A stretch of 54,103 bases of DNA from the NCBI GenBank assembly GCA_046759165.1, contig JBHIBS010000008.1:1-54103 (forward strand), in the 5' to 3' direction. The notes under the pieces are model-generated. The model was not told the DNA's origin and did not search any database. It worked only from the letters and a program-made list of their open reading frames with translations. The DNA comes from a bacterium. Lineage in GTDB: Bacteria; UBA6262; WVXT01. Position 1 is the stretch's first letter. Every line of letters starts with the position of its first letter. Positions 20,754 to 30,847 of this stretch are shown here, one piece after another. Both the position numbers and the translations under genes were made by a program.

Positions 20754-22050
20754 CTTCTTCTACTCCTTCCGATATTTCTTCGACTCCTTTCTCCGTCTCA
20801 GAGAACCTCTCTCGGGCCAATAAGATTTCCTTTGCTCGTTCGATTTGTGGATCTTTTATTTTTTGTTCTTCTCTCTCTTTTTCGACTTCCTTGGGCAAAC
20901 CGTATATTTTCTCCCTCTGCTTCATGAGCTTTGCCACAGTCTCCCCAGGGACTTCTACAACGATATCTGGAGTGATTCCTACCTCATGAATTGAACGTCC
21001 ACTGGGGGTATAATACTTAGCAGTGGTCAATCTCAAACCGGAACCATCGGATAGAGGCATCAAACTTTGCACAGAAGCCTTACCGAACGTCTTCTCTCCC
21101 AGGACAACGCCCCTCTTCCAATCCTGAATACATCCTGCCACAATCTCTGAACCCGAAGCCGAACCCTTATTCACTAAAATTACCAACGGTGTCTTCTCAT
21201 GTTTAGCCTTCTTTTCAGCAAAAAATTTAATTACCTGCTCCTCTCTGCGGCCCTGAGTATAAACAATCAATTTTCTATCCCCGATGAAATTTCTACAAAT
21301 TTCCACAGCAGCAGTTAATAACCCCCCAGGATTATACCTCAGATCGAGAATTAAACTCTCCATTCCTTGCCTCTCCAATTTTTTCCAGACCTTATTAAAC
21401 TCATGGGGTGTATCTTTGGAAAATTCACTCAATTGGATATAGCCTATTTTATCAGTAAGCATCTTAGCGTCGGGAACACTTTCTATCTTTATTACCGCTC
21501 TGGTTACAGTAAAGTCGATTAAGTCTTTCTCTCCCTCTCGAAGAATGGAGATAGTAACTTTTGTCCCCGGGTTTCCCCGCAAAAGTTTAACCGCCTGGGT
21601 AAGTGTAATATCTTGGGTGTCTTCACCATCAATTTTCATTATTTTATCTCCAGGCAAAATTCCTAATTCATAGGCCGGTGAACTAGGGAGTGGAGTAACC
21701 ACAGTCAACCTTCCTTCACGAATAGCAATCCTTATGCCCAATCCTCCGAACTTTCCTTCGGTCTCAGATTTCATCATTTCATGAGTCGTAGGATCCATAA
21801 ATTGAGAGAAAGGGTCTAATTTGCTGACCATCCCTTCGCAAGCGCCGTAAATCAATTTCTCAGCATCTACACGCTCCACATAGTTATCCCTGATCAATGT
21901 GAAGACTTCGCTCAACAATTTTACCTGCTCATAGATCTCGTCTCCTTTATCTACTACGCTTTGAATAGTTCTATTGTTGACTATTACTAAAGAAAACAGT
22001 AAAAATAACCCTAACCCTAAACTCCACAAGATTTTCCTTTTCTTATACAT
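20728..22050 (-). CDS. S41 C-terminal processing protease (CtpA/Prc)
   Basis: PDZ domain, LDLRYNPGG, SASGSE, TFGK, LTTAKYYTPSG; ATG 22050 after GGAGG. Confidence 0.92.
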   Translation of the reverse strand: MYKKRKILWSLGLGLFLLFSLVIVNNRTIQSVVDKGDEIYEQVKLLSEVFTLIRDNYVERVDAEKLIYGACEGMVSKLDPFSQFMDPTTHEMMKSETEGKFGGLGIRIAIREGRLTVVTPLPSSPAYELGILPGDKIMKIDGEDTQDITLTQAVKLLRGNPGTKVTISILREGEKDLIDFTVTRAVIKIESVPDAKMLTDKIGYIQLSEFSKDTPHEFNKVWKKLERQGMESLILDLRYNPGGLLTAAVEICRNFIGDRKLIVYTQGRREEQVIKFFAEKKAKHEKTPLVILVNKGSASGSEIVAGCIQDWKRGVVLGEKTFGKASVQSLMPLSDGSGLRLTTAKYYTPSGRSIHEVGITPDIVVEVPGETVAKLMKQREKIYGLPKEVEKEREEQKIKDPQIERAKEILLARERFSETEKGVEEISEGVEEGAQKEEEK

Positions 22051-22259
22051 TTCTTTTCCTCCTGTTATCTTAAAATATTCCCCCAATCCGTATCCCAATT
22101 TCTAATCGGGATGCTCAAAATTAGTGAGCAGTCAAGGAAAGTATGCCAGCTCTATTAATTTTTTTATAGTATACCAAAAACCGCACTAATTGTAAAGGAT
22201 TATCAACATCAGCAGGAATGATCTGCTATCCCTTAAGAAAGATATAAAACCATGCAACG

Positions 22260-22800
22260 TTTTCCAATAAGCTTTGCACCATTTCTATATTTTTTCCTGG
22301 AGCCTTCCCTCAGTTTCGCTACTTTTTCCTAGGGAGCTGTTCAAAGAATTTCTGCCTGTTTGCGCAAATCTCGTGCACTTTCTCAGCTATTTCAGCAGCT
22401 GAAACTTCATACCATTGCTTATAACCCAATAGCTCCAAAAAGCCTTCTCTCATCCTTTCCAAATTCCTGGAGACAGGGTCCAATAGCAGGTTGCTCATTA
22501 GAAGGTGAATGTGTAGCTGCCCAACCTTTGAATGCAAAATCTTTCCAAATTGAACATCGGGTCAGGGGCATTAGAAATGAGAAAAACCTTCTTGAAAAAT
22601 AGCTTGGCTAATAGAATCAATCCAAGATAATAATGGATACTCCGGCTACTGGTAAGCTCCTGCAAAAGCCCCAACCCATTTCCACCCAATGGTTATCAGC
22701 TTCAACCCGCCAGCGAATTATAGATACCAAAATAGACGAAACTATCGATAAAGACAGAACAACAATTAGAACTTTCTTCTCTATTATCTTAAGCAAACAA
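22260..22800 (-). pseudogene. Decayed DUF5693-like + CsaB-like (polysaccharide pyruvyl transferase) remnant
   Basis: Fragments in different frames: TM + RWRVEADNHWVE (DUF5693-like N-terminus), GLLQELTSSRSIHYYLGLILLAKLF (CsaB-like) and a C-terminal-like piece. Confidence 0.55.
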
Positions 22801-22954
22801 ATCGAAGGTATCTTTATCCTTTTTCAATTTTACACCATTTCACTCAAAACCACAATAAAAAATAGACCTGGACTTTTTGCTCAGAGGTCTATTCTGTATC
22901 GATAAAATATTATTTTTAAGTTAATCCTGCAAAATCAAAATCCCGGGTTGAGCT

Positions 22955-23512
22955 TCATTTCGGTGGTGGACAGAATACGCCAAGCTTCGGCTCATAATAG
23001 ATTATTGCAGCTTCCACCTTTCCTTTGTTAGTGTGCTGAATAATCACATGTGTCTGGTCAAGTCCATCACAGGTGGCCAGTGGAACATCATATCTGCCTA
23101 ACAGGGCAATTTTCTGATTTGGTCCCAGTGAGACATCCCGCCAGACTTGCTTGCTGTCGCCGGGCAACGGCTCACCTTTACTATAGGTAACATACTGGGG
23201 ATGTGGATACCAGGCGCGGTTACATGTGCCGGATTCATAATACTCCTGCATTCCTATTACGTCCAGATGTTTGTAAGTGCGAGGACTATTATTTGCAATA
23301 TGAATTTCATAGGTCATCGGCATTCCAATATAATAGCCAGCCAAACCTTCTGGTGTGTAAAAATAGGGACTGGTATAAACCACCTTTATACTAAGATTCT
23401 TAAGCTCACCTATATGCTTACCGTAGTGAACGTCTACCGCCAATAGAGAACTACTCATAATTGCAACCAACCCAAGGACAAAAGTTAAAAGCAATTTCCA
23501 TCTCTTTTCCAT
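22955..23512 (-). CDS. Secreted hypothetical protein (riboswitch-controlled)
   Basis: Signal peptide, beta-rich 185 aa, AGGAGG RBS, hairpin terminator at ~22861-22893. Confidence 0.75.
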   Translation of the reverse strand: MEKRWKLLLTFVLGLVAIMSSSLLAVDVHYGKHIGELKNLSIKVVYTSPYFYTPEGLAGYYIGMPMTYEIHIANNSPRTYKHLDVIGMQEYYESGTCNRAWYPHPQYVTYSKGEPLPGDSKQVWRDVSLGPNQKIALLGRYDVPLATCDGLDQTHVIIQHTNKGKVEAAIIYYEPKLGVFCPPPK

Positions 23513-23544
23513 CTTACACCTCCTTATTCACCAAGACCATATAA

Positions 23545-23612
23545 GAAAAAAGCCGAGTTGCCAGAAGCTTCAAACATTCTAAAGTTGTTTTTTCTTCAGC
23601 AACTCGGCTTTC
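23545..23612 (-). terminator. Intrinsic terminator / riboswitch expression platform
   Basis: AGCCGAGTTGC...GCAACTCGGCT followed by a U-run. Confidence 0.75.
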
Positions 23613-23627
23613 AAAAAGAAAACCATC

Positions 23628-23715
23628 GTCTTCGGCAACCTGACTACCCCGATAACTCGGGACTCTAAGGCTTTGCGTCCCCCTATATTTTAGGGAGTTG
23701 CTTTTATCGAACGAC
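23628..23715 (-). promoter_or_regulatory. GEMM-I riboswitch aptamer with A at the G20-equivalent position
   Basis: UUCGAUAAAAGCAACUCCCUA-AAAUA-UAGGGGGACGCAAAGCC...CAGGUUGCCGAAGAC; promoter TTGTCA-N17-TAATAT at 23763-23735. Confidence 0.8.
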
Positions 23716-23805
23716 AGCTATTCTACTCACTAAAATATTACCACAACTCTCTTAATTTGACAACCTAGTTTTTAAACCATTAACATCAAGAACTTTGGGA
23801 TTTTG

Positions 23806-25293
23806 CTAATTTCCCACCCTCTTATCCATCGCTCTTTGATATAATTTCAAATATTCCTTGGTGGAGGCGGCCCAAGAAAAATTAGCCTCCATCATATTCT
23901 TCACCAGTCTTTGCCAGGCTTCATTCCGTCTATAAACGCTTATCGCTCTTTTGAGCGCATTCACAAGGGCAGAAGATGAATATTCGCTTAGTAGAAAGCC
24001 ATTTCCTTTACCTGTCTCTGGCTCAAACTCTTGAATTGTGTCTGCCAGGCCGCCTGTTGGATTAACCACAGGAGCAGTCCCATATGCTAAGCTGATCAAC
24101 TGCCCCAAGCCGCATGGCTCATAGCGGGAAGGCATCAAGAACAGGTCACAACCTGCATAGATTCTATGAGCAAGCCGATTATCAAAGGTAATATGAATTG
24201 CTGCCTTTCTGGGATACTTCCTGCCAATCCGGGAAAAAAGCCTATGGTACTCTTCCTCACCCATTCCTAAAAGAATGAAGTATAAATCCAAATACATTAT
24301 TTCATCAATTGCTTCTCCAATAATATCGAGTCCCTTCTGCTGAGCAAGCCGGGAGATCATTCCCACCAAAGGCCGGTTTAAGTTAACCGGCAGATTATTC
24401 TCCTCTAAGAGGCCCTTCTTACATTCCATTTTATTATCTATCTCTTCTATGGTATAGTTGACGGCAATGAGCTCGTCCTTCGCTGGATTCCATTCATCGT
24501 AGTCAATTCCATTGAGTATCCCGTAGAGGTCCTGGCTGCGATGGGCAAGGACTCCTTCCAAACCGTATCCAAATTCAGGTGAAGACTGAATGTCTTCACT
24601 ATAGGTTACGCTTACGGTGTTCAACACATCTGCGTAGACCAGTCCTCCCTTGAGAAAGCTAACCTGTCCATAGAGTTCCAACTTTTCAGGAGCAAATTCT
24701 TCCTGGCCCAAGCCAGACAAATTTAGAATCTCTTTGGGAAATATCCCTTGATACGCAATGTTATGAATAGTCAAGACTGTTGCGGTTCTCTGAAAGAAAG
24801 GATCGTTCTTATACAATGTCTTCAAATAGACAGGAATTAAACCTGTCTGCCAATCGTTACAGTGAATCACATTCGGTTGAAACCCTGTCGCCTTAATCGC
24901 TTCCAGGACCGCTCTTGAAAAAAGAATGAACCTCTCTGCGTTATCCTCATAGGCCCCTTCTGGAGTACCGTAAAGTTCCTCCCGCTCAAAGTAAGGTTTA
25001 TAATCTATAAAATAAACAGGTATTCCCCTTTCGAGTTCGCCTTCCAAAATTGAAACTATGGCGACCTTCCCTCCTACAGGAATAGCCAGCCTTTTAGTAA
25101 GGTTCTTTAATCCAAATTTTTGATTGTTGACAACCCTGTATCTTGGCATTACAACTCGCACCTCGTGGTCCTGAGCCTTTATGGCTCTGGGCAAGGCCCC
25201 GCTCACATCAGCAAGGCCTCCTGTCTTTGCGAAGGGAACCACTTCTGAAGAAGCTAATAGAATCTTCAGTTCAACACCTCCAAATGCCAGCAA
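23806..25293 (-). CDS. glgA: Glycogen synthase
   Basis: KTGGL, HCNDWQ, TIHN..YQG, PSRYEPCGL; start uncertain (possibly CTG 25269). Confidence 0.95.
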   Translation of the reverse strand: MLAFGGVELKILLASSEVVPFAKTGGLADVSGALPRAIKAQDHEVRVVMPRYRVVNNQKFGLKNLTKRLAIPVGGKVAIVSILEGELERGIPVYFIDYKPYFEREELYGTPEGAYEDNAERFILFSRAVLEAIKATGFQPNVIHCNDWQTGLIPVYLKTLYKNDPFFQRTATVLTIHNIAYQGIFPKEILNLSGLGQEEFAPEKLELYGQVSFLKGGLVYADVLNTVSVTYSEDIQSSPEFGYGLEGVLAHRSQDLYGILNGIDYDEWNPAKDELIAVNYTIEEIDNKMECKKGLLEENNLPVNLNRPLVGMISRLAQQKGLDIIGEAIDEIMYLDLYFILLGMGEEEYHRLFSRIGRKYPRKAAIHITFDNRLAHRIYAGCDLFLMPSRYEPCGLGQLISLAYGTAPVVNPTGGLADTIQEFEPETGKGNGFLLSEYSSSALVNALKRAISVYRRNEAWQRLVKNMMEANFSWAASTKEYLKLYQRAMDKRVGN

Positions 25294-25306
25294 TATTCAT
25301 ATTTTC

Positions 25307-26308
25307 TTAAACTTCGGCTTCCCTCAAAAATTTAGCTGCTTCTTCGGGCCGAGTGGGATTAATGTGGAATCCCGTGCCCCATTCAAATCCCGCCACTCTT
25401 GTCAATATGGGCATAACCTCAATGTGCCAGTGGTAGTAGGGAAGGTGGGACATTGTCAGCGGAGAGTTATGGAGAATATAATTATATGGAGCATAATTGA
25501 GCACTTTGTTCATCCGAGTTAAGATCCCCTTAAGGCAGCGTGCCAGGTGGATTACTTCATGTTTCTGGATGTCTTCAAAAGCCGAGTCGTGTTTCTTGGG
25601 AATAATCCAGGTCTCAAACGGAAATCTGGAAGCAAAAGGAGCAAAAATTATGAAGTCTTCATTTTCAGCAACTATTCTCGTTACCGACCTTGTCTCCTGT
25701 CTGATAATATCGCAAAAGACACACCTTTCCTTATTTTCATAATAATGTTGAGCCCCTGCCATCTCCTCTTTCACCCTTTTGGGGACTATTGGCAGGGCGA
25801 TCAGCTGGGAGTGGGAATGAGTCAGGGAAGCTCCAGCAGCCTTCCCTTGGTTCTTAAAGATTAGAATATATTCGAACCTGGAATCTTTCTTCAGGTCTAC
25901 AGTTCTATCTCTATAAGCCCAAATTATGTCCTCCACATTCTTTATTTCCAATTCGGGGAGGGTCTTATAATGGTCGCGACTTTCAATAATTATCTCATGA
26001 GCCCCAATCCCATTCATTCTGTCGTACATTCCTTCACCTGTCCGATTCAAATCTCCTTCCACTCGCAATGCCGGAAATTTGTTCGGAACTACCCTTAACC
26101 ACCAACCTTTGTTGTTAGGTTTAGTTCCTGGCTCGCGATAAGCCAGAACCTCCCGAGGAGTCTTGTCTTCATTTCCAACACAGAATGGACAGAGTCTCTC
26201 ATTCGACTTCTCCTGCGGTTCAGCCCCAAAATCGGAAGGTCTCTTTGCTCGTTCAGTGGCAATGATAATCCAGCGACCGAGTATGGGATCTTTTCTCAAC
26301 TCAGGCAT
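25307..26308 (-). CDS. galT: Galactose-1-phosphate uridylyltransferase (GalT family)
   Basis: RAKRP, CPFC, NKFPAL, GASLTHSHSQ (HxHxQ), AGFEWGTG. Confidence 0.85.
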   Translation of the reverse strand: MPELRKDPILGRWIIIATERAKRPSDFGAEPQEKSNERLCPFCVGNEDKTPREVLAYREPGTKPNNKGWWLRVVPNKFPALRVEGDLNRTGEGMYDRMNGIGAHEIIIESRDHYKTLPELEIKNVEDIIWAYRDRTVDLKKDSRFEYILIFKNQGKAAGASLTHSHSQLIALPIVPKRVKEEMAGAQHYYENKERCVFCDIIRQETRSVTRIVAENEDFIIFAPFASRFPFETWIIPKKHDSAFEDIQKHEVIHLARCLKGILTRMNKVLNYAPYNYILHNSPLTMSHLPYYHWHIEVMPILTRVAGFEWGTGFHINPTRPEEAAKFLREAEV

Positions 26309-26365
26309 ATATATCTCCTTTTGTAGCTACATGGCAAACCTTCGCTTCGCCATTCCTAATTATTC

Positions 26366-29300
26366 TTAACCCGAAAGTTGGATGGAGTCTCTCCCAACAA
26401 GCTTTTTCACTTCCTCCAGGAATTCGTCACTAAGCTTAACTTGTATTTTTGAACTTATGTTTACAATTATATTACGAGGAGCAGAGAGGCTAAAATTGAC
26501 CTGGCAACTACCCCGGTTTTTCATAAATAGTTCCTTCAATTTCTTTAAAGTAGCCTCTTCCAATCCAGCTGTGGATAGCTTCAAAGTCATCTGGTGGATG
26601 AGAAGCTCCTTGGCACGACTAAATGGAATTACTTCTGAAGCCACAATTCTCGGTTTCTCTTCCCACCAATTAACCCTCCCTTTGACTATAACCATCTCAT
26701 CCCTACGCAAATATTTTCCTATGCCATTGTCATAGGCCTCAGGGAAAACAACGACTTCGACCATCCCAGTCAAGTCCTCTAACTTAAAGATAGCCATCAA
26801 TTGACCCTTCTTTGTTTTCCTCTTGTTGAGAGAACTTATTATTCCCCCTATGGTCACTTGACTTTTAGTCCCTAACTCGCGCAGTTTATCTATTGAATGA
26901 CTGACATAATTCTTCATCTCTTCGGAAAACCTGGCCAAGGGATGACCTGTAACATAGAAACCTAGTACTTCCTTCTCATAAGCCAGTAACTTATTCTCTT
27001 GCCATTCCTTTGAGGGAGGCAATTCCTCAACTTCTCGGAAAGTAGAGTCGACGAGATCCAAGAAAGAGGTCTGACCGCTAAGCCGCTCCTTCTGGGCCCG
27101 CGATGCTTTCTCCAAAACGAGATCCAATCCTTTGAATAACTGAGCCCTTGGCTGACCAAGCGAATCGAAACACCCCGCCTTAATCAAGCTCTCAATTGTT
27201 CTTCTATTGACCAGCCTCAAGTCAACCTGAACACAAAAATCATATAATGATTTAAATACTCCTTCGCTTTCCCGGGCACCTACAATAGAATCTATCGCCC
27301 CCTGCCCCACATTCTTAATAGCTAAAAGACCAAAGCGAATACTCCCATTTTCTATCCTGAATTCTGAAAAACTCTTCTCTACACTGGGTGGCAGCACCGC
27401 GGTGCCCATTTGTTGACACTTAGCCATATATTCTACGATTTTATCGGTATTCTCCATTTCGCTACTTAAGAGCACTGTCATATATTCGAGTGGATAGTTT
27501 GCTTTAAGCCAAGCGGTCTGGTAAGCCAGAAGCGCATAGGCACTTGCGTGGGACTTATTGAAACCATATCCACCAAATTTCACCATGGCATCGAATATTC
27601 TATTTGCTTTTCCTACAGAAATTCCTTCCTTTCCTGCTCCCTTTACAAAATTCTCTCTCTGTCTCTCAATTTCTATAGGGATTTTCTTTCCCATCGCCTG
27701 ACGCAACACATCAGCCTGTTCCGGGGTAAAGCCTGCTAATTCGGTAGCGATCCGCATAACATCTTCCTGGTAGAGGATTATACCATATGTATCCTTTAGA
27801 ATTGGTTCAAGCAAGGGATGCTCGTAGTCTATTTTCGCGCGCTTATGTTTTCTGGCCACAAACTCATCCACCATTCCACTCCCAATAGGGCCCGGACGAT
27901 AGAGCGCCACAAGGGCGATCAGGTCGGAAAATTCTGTCGGCTCTAACTTTCTCAAAAGGTCCCTCATGCCTGCGCTCTCCAGTTGAAAGACTCCGGCAGA
28001 CTTTGCTTCCGCTAAAAGTTTATATGTTTTCCCGTCATCAAGCGGAATATCGGAGGGTTCTTTCGGAGCCTCTTTTGCTCTCTTACTTATAAGCTTCAAG
28101 GCTTCATCAATCACAGTCAGCGTTCTCAATCCCAGAAAATCTATTTTCAAAAGACCCAATCTAATCAAGGCGGTATCTTCGTACTGAGTAGTTACCACAT
28201 TTTTACCACTCTTTGCTAAAGGCACATAGTTAACCATCTCCCCAGGGGTAATTACAATTCCTGCGGCATGAACACCCGTATGGCGTTTCAGCCCTTCAAT
28301 TCTCTGAGCTGTATCCAATAGATTCCTCACCACGCCATCGGTTTCATATCTCCTGTTCAGTTCGGGAACGAGCTGCAAAGCTTCTTGTATTGTCTCACCA
28401 AAGGGAATCAATTTGGCAATTCCATCCACCTCAGTTAGAGGGACATTCAATACTCTGCCAGTGTCTCTGACCACAGCCCTCGCTAACATAGTCCCAAAAG
28501 TTATAATCTGAGCAACATTTTTTTGTCCGTATTTCGCCTTCACATAATCAATAGCCCTATCCCGTCCATTATCGGCAAAATCGATATCGAGATCCGGCAT
28601 ACTCTTCCTTCCAGGATTGAGAAATCTTTCAAATAGAAGACCATACTTCAACGGATCGAGTTCAGTAATTCCCAGAAGATAAGCAACGAAACTTCCAGCA
28701 CCAGATCCTCTACCAGGGCCCACCATTATCTTTTGACGTTTAGCATATTCTATGAAATCCCACACAATCAGAAAATAACTGGCAAACCCCATCCGGCTTA
28801 TGACCGAGAGCTCATAGTCCAATCGTCTACGTATATCGGGCGTAACTTCCGCATACCTCTTCTTTAAGCCCTGCTCACAGAGGTTTCTCAAATACTCATC
28901 TAGGTTATAATTTTCCGGAACTTTGTAGTCTGGCAAATGAATTGTTTCAAAATCGAGCTGGAGATTACATTTTTCAGTAATCTCCATTGTATTGCTTATT
29001 GCCTCTGGGACTTCAGCAAAAATTTGCTTCATTTCCTGAGGGGATTTGAAATAGAATTCTTCTGTAGAAAACTTCAGATGGGAGGGATCATCGAGCGTTC
29101 TGCCAGTGCCAATACAGAGAAGTATCTCCTGCGCATATGCATCAGCTTTATCCACGTAATGGCAATCGTTGGTAGCTACCAATGGAATTTCCATCTGTTT
29201 CCCTAATCTAATTAATTCCCGACAGACCTTCCTCTGTTCACTAATTCCATTATCTATCAGTTCAAGGTAGAAGTTCTCTTTACCGAAAATCTCGCCATAG

Positions 29301-29824
29301 AATGAAATGGCCTTTTTAGCCTTATCTTGGTCGTCATTTAATATAGCCCTGGAAAACTCGCTCTTAAGACAACCAGTCAAACATACCAATCCTTCAGAGT
29401 AATCTTTAAGTACTTCCTTATCTATCCGGGGTCTGTAGTAGAAGCCTTCAAGATAACCGATACTTACTAGCCTCATCAAATTCTTGTAGCCAGTTCTGTC
29501 CCTTGCCAAAAGGATTAGGTGATTTGCCGCCTCCGATATACTGCTTCCCTCCTTAACATACCGGCTTTGAGGAGCAACATAGACTTCGCAACCTATAATT
29601 GGCTTTATCCCACTATTCACGCATGCCTGGTAAAAGTCAATTGTGCCAAACATATTCCCATGGTCAGTAATCCCCAGAGCCGCGAGCTTGTACTGGGATG
29701 CTCGCTGAATAAGGTTCCCGGGAGCCCTGTGGTTATCCAGAATACGACAGGCACCATCAAGAAGGCTGTACTCAGTATGGAGATGTAGATGGACAAAATC
29801 TGAATGTTCCATAAAATTCATCAA
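26366..29824 (-). CDS. dnaE: DNA polymerase III alpha subunit
   Basis: HLHLHTEYSLLDG, GRGSGAGS, PDLDIDF, HAAG, YGFNKSH; no intein visible. Confidence 0.96.
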   Translation of the reverse strand: MMNFMEHSDFVHLHLHTEYSLLDGACRILDNHRAPGNLIQRASQYKLAALGITDHGNMFGTIDFYQACVNSGIKPIIGCEVYVAPQSRYVKEGSSISEAANHLILLARDRTGYKNLMRLVSIGYLEGFYYRPRIDKEVLKDYSEGLVCLTGCLKSEFSRAILNDDQDKAKKAISFYGEIFGKENFYLELIDNGISEQRKVCRELIRLGKQMEIPLVATNDCHYVDKADAYAQEILLCIGTGRTLDDPSHLKFSTEEFYFKSPQEMKQIFAEVPEAISNTMEITEKCNLQLDFETIHLPDYKVPENYNLDEYLRNLCEQGLKKRYAEVTPDIRRRLDYELSVISRMGFASYFLIVWDFIEYAKRQKIMVGPGRGSGAGSFVAYLLGITELDPLKYGLLFERFLNPGRKSMPDLDIDFADNGRDRAIDYVKAKYGQKNVAQIITFGTMLARAVVRDTGRVLNVPLTEVDGIAKLIPFGETIQEALQLVPELNRRYETDGVVRNLLDTAQRIEGLKRHTGVHAAGIVITPGEMVNYVPLAKSGKNVVTTQYEDTALIRLGLLKIDFLGLRTLTVIDEALKLISKRAKEAPKEPSDIPLDDGKTYKLLAEAKSAGVFQLESAGMRDLLRKLEPTEFSDLIALVALYRPGPIGSGMVDEFVARKHKRAKIDYEHPLLEPILKDTYGIILYQEDVMRIATELAGFTPEQADVLRQAMGKKIPIEIERQRENFVKGAGKEGISVGKANRIFDAMVKFGGYGFNKSHASAYALLAYQTAWLKANYPLEYMTVLLSSEMENTDKIVEYMAKCQQMGTAVLPPSVEKSFSEFRIENGSIRFGLLAIKNVGQGAIDSIVGARESEGVFKSLYDFCVQVDLRLVNRRTIESLIKAGCFDSLGQPRAQLFKGLDLVLEKASRAQKERLSGQTSFLDLVDSTFREVEELPPSKEWQENKLLAYEKEVLGFYVTGHPLARFSEEMKNYVSHSIDKLRELGTKSQVTIGGIISSLNKRKTKKGQLMAIFKLEDLTGMVEVVVFPEAYDNGIGKYLRRDEMVIVKGRVNWWEEKPRIVASEVIPFSRAKELLIHQMTLKLSTAGLEEATLKKLKELFMKNRGSCQVNFSLSAPRNIIVNISSKIQVKLSDEFLEEVKKLVGRDSIQLSG

Positions 29825-29932
29825 AACTGGAATTGGTAGTTTATATTGCGGGAAAATCCCAAAGGAAGGCTAAAAAAGCCTATCAAATCAGGAGGACAAA
29901 GTCAAGGAAAATGTTGAAGGGTTAGCCCGACG

Positions 29933-30847
29933 TTACTCCAGGGTACTCACATAAAGTTTCAAATAACGATTCAAAAGAAACTCTTCCTCCAGAAGTCTTA
30001 TCCTAGTAACGAATATGTATTTTCTGCCAGCATATTCTTCTCTTCTTGGAAAGTTAAGATACATCTTTATTCTGGCTTTTTTCTTTCCTTTCAGACCAAA
30101 TTTCGACTTATCAAAAGTCAAAAAATCTGGGTCCGCACAATCCTCATATCCATTTTCAACTTCTATTCCTGCTCTTTTTGCAGAGATACTTCTTATTTCG
30201 TAAATGTGAGGATAACGACTACGATTTTTCAGTTCCAATACCTTTCCAAACACTTTCTTAATATCGCAAACTTGCCCTAACTTTACATTCTCCACTACCA
30301 TCTCATATGGAAAAACAGCGAAGTCGAATCTCCCTCCAAACTCTCGAGATAAATCCCTTTCCTTTTCAGAAATTTCAAGGAGAAGTCTACTCTTCAAACC
30401 CAAAGCAATGGGTAGCTTCCCCTTGCCAACAGTATGTGACCAGATGTAGGCTTGATACTTCTTGGTTAGATATTTCTTATCGCTGGGAACAGTGATAATT
30501 ACATCAGTCAGTGCAAATTTTGATGGCTCAACAGAAAAGTAATCCTTTTCCAGCTCTATCCAAGAAGCGTCGGGAATTGGCTCATACCCCTCCTTCAATT
30601 CACTTTTAGATGGCACCAATACTTCCATTTTCAACTCAATCGGATCTTCGCCTTTATTTCTGACCCGCAGCTGACGACCAATTTTTTGCCCAATCACATA
30701 GTTCTTCCCGATACTTAAATTCCGAACGACTACCTCAGTGAAGGTGGTAGATATTCCTCCTGCATTACCATCTTTGGGAAACGAAACCAGTAGAATCAGA
30801 GATAAGGTGAGAAGATAAAACTGCATAGTTACACTACCTTTTCCCAT
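29933..30847 (-). CDS. Secreted hypothetical protein with two similar Ig-like halves
   Basis: Signal peptide; GYE..PD..W/F and Y..KKY motifs repeated in both halves. Confidence 0.65.
   Translation of the reverse strand: MGKGSVTMQFYLLTLSLILLVSFPKDGNAGGISTTFTEVVVRNLSIGKNYVIGQKIGRQLRVRNKGEDPIELKMEVLVPSKSELKEGYEPIPDASWIELEKDYFSVEPSKFALTDVIITVPSDKKYLTKKYQAYIWSHTVGKGKLPIALGLKSRLLLEISEKERDLSREFGGRFDFAVFPYEMVVENVKLGQVCDIKKVFGKVLELKNRSRYPHIYEIRSISAKRAGIEVENGYEDCADPDFLTFDKSKFGLKGKKKARIKMYLNFPRREEYAGRKYIFVTRIRLLEEEFLLNRYLKLYVSTLE

Noticed and set aside
26366-29824. Intein or split in dnaE
   Set aside because: 1152 aa is normal length and no splicing motifs are visible
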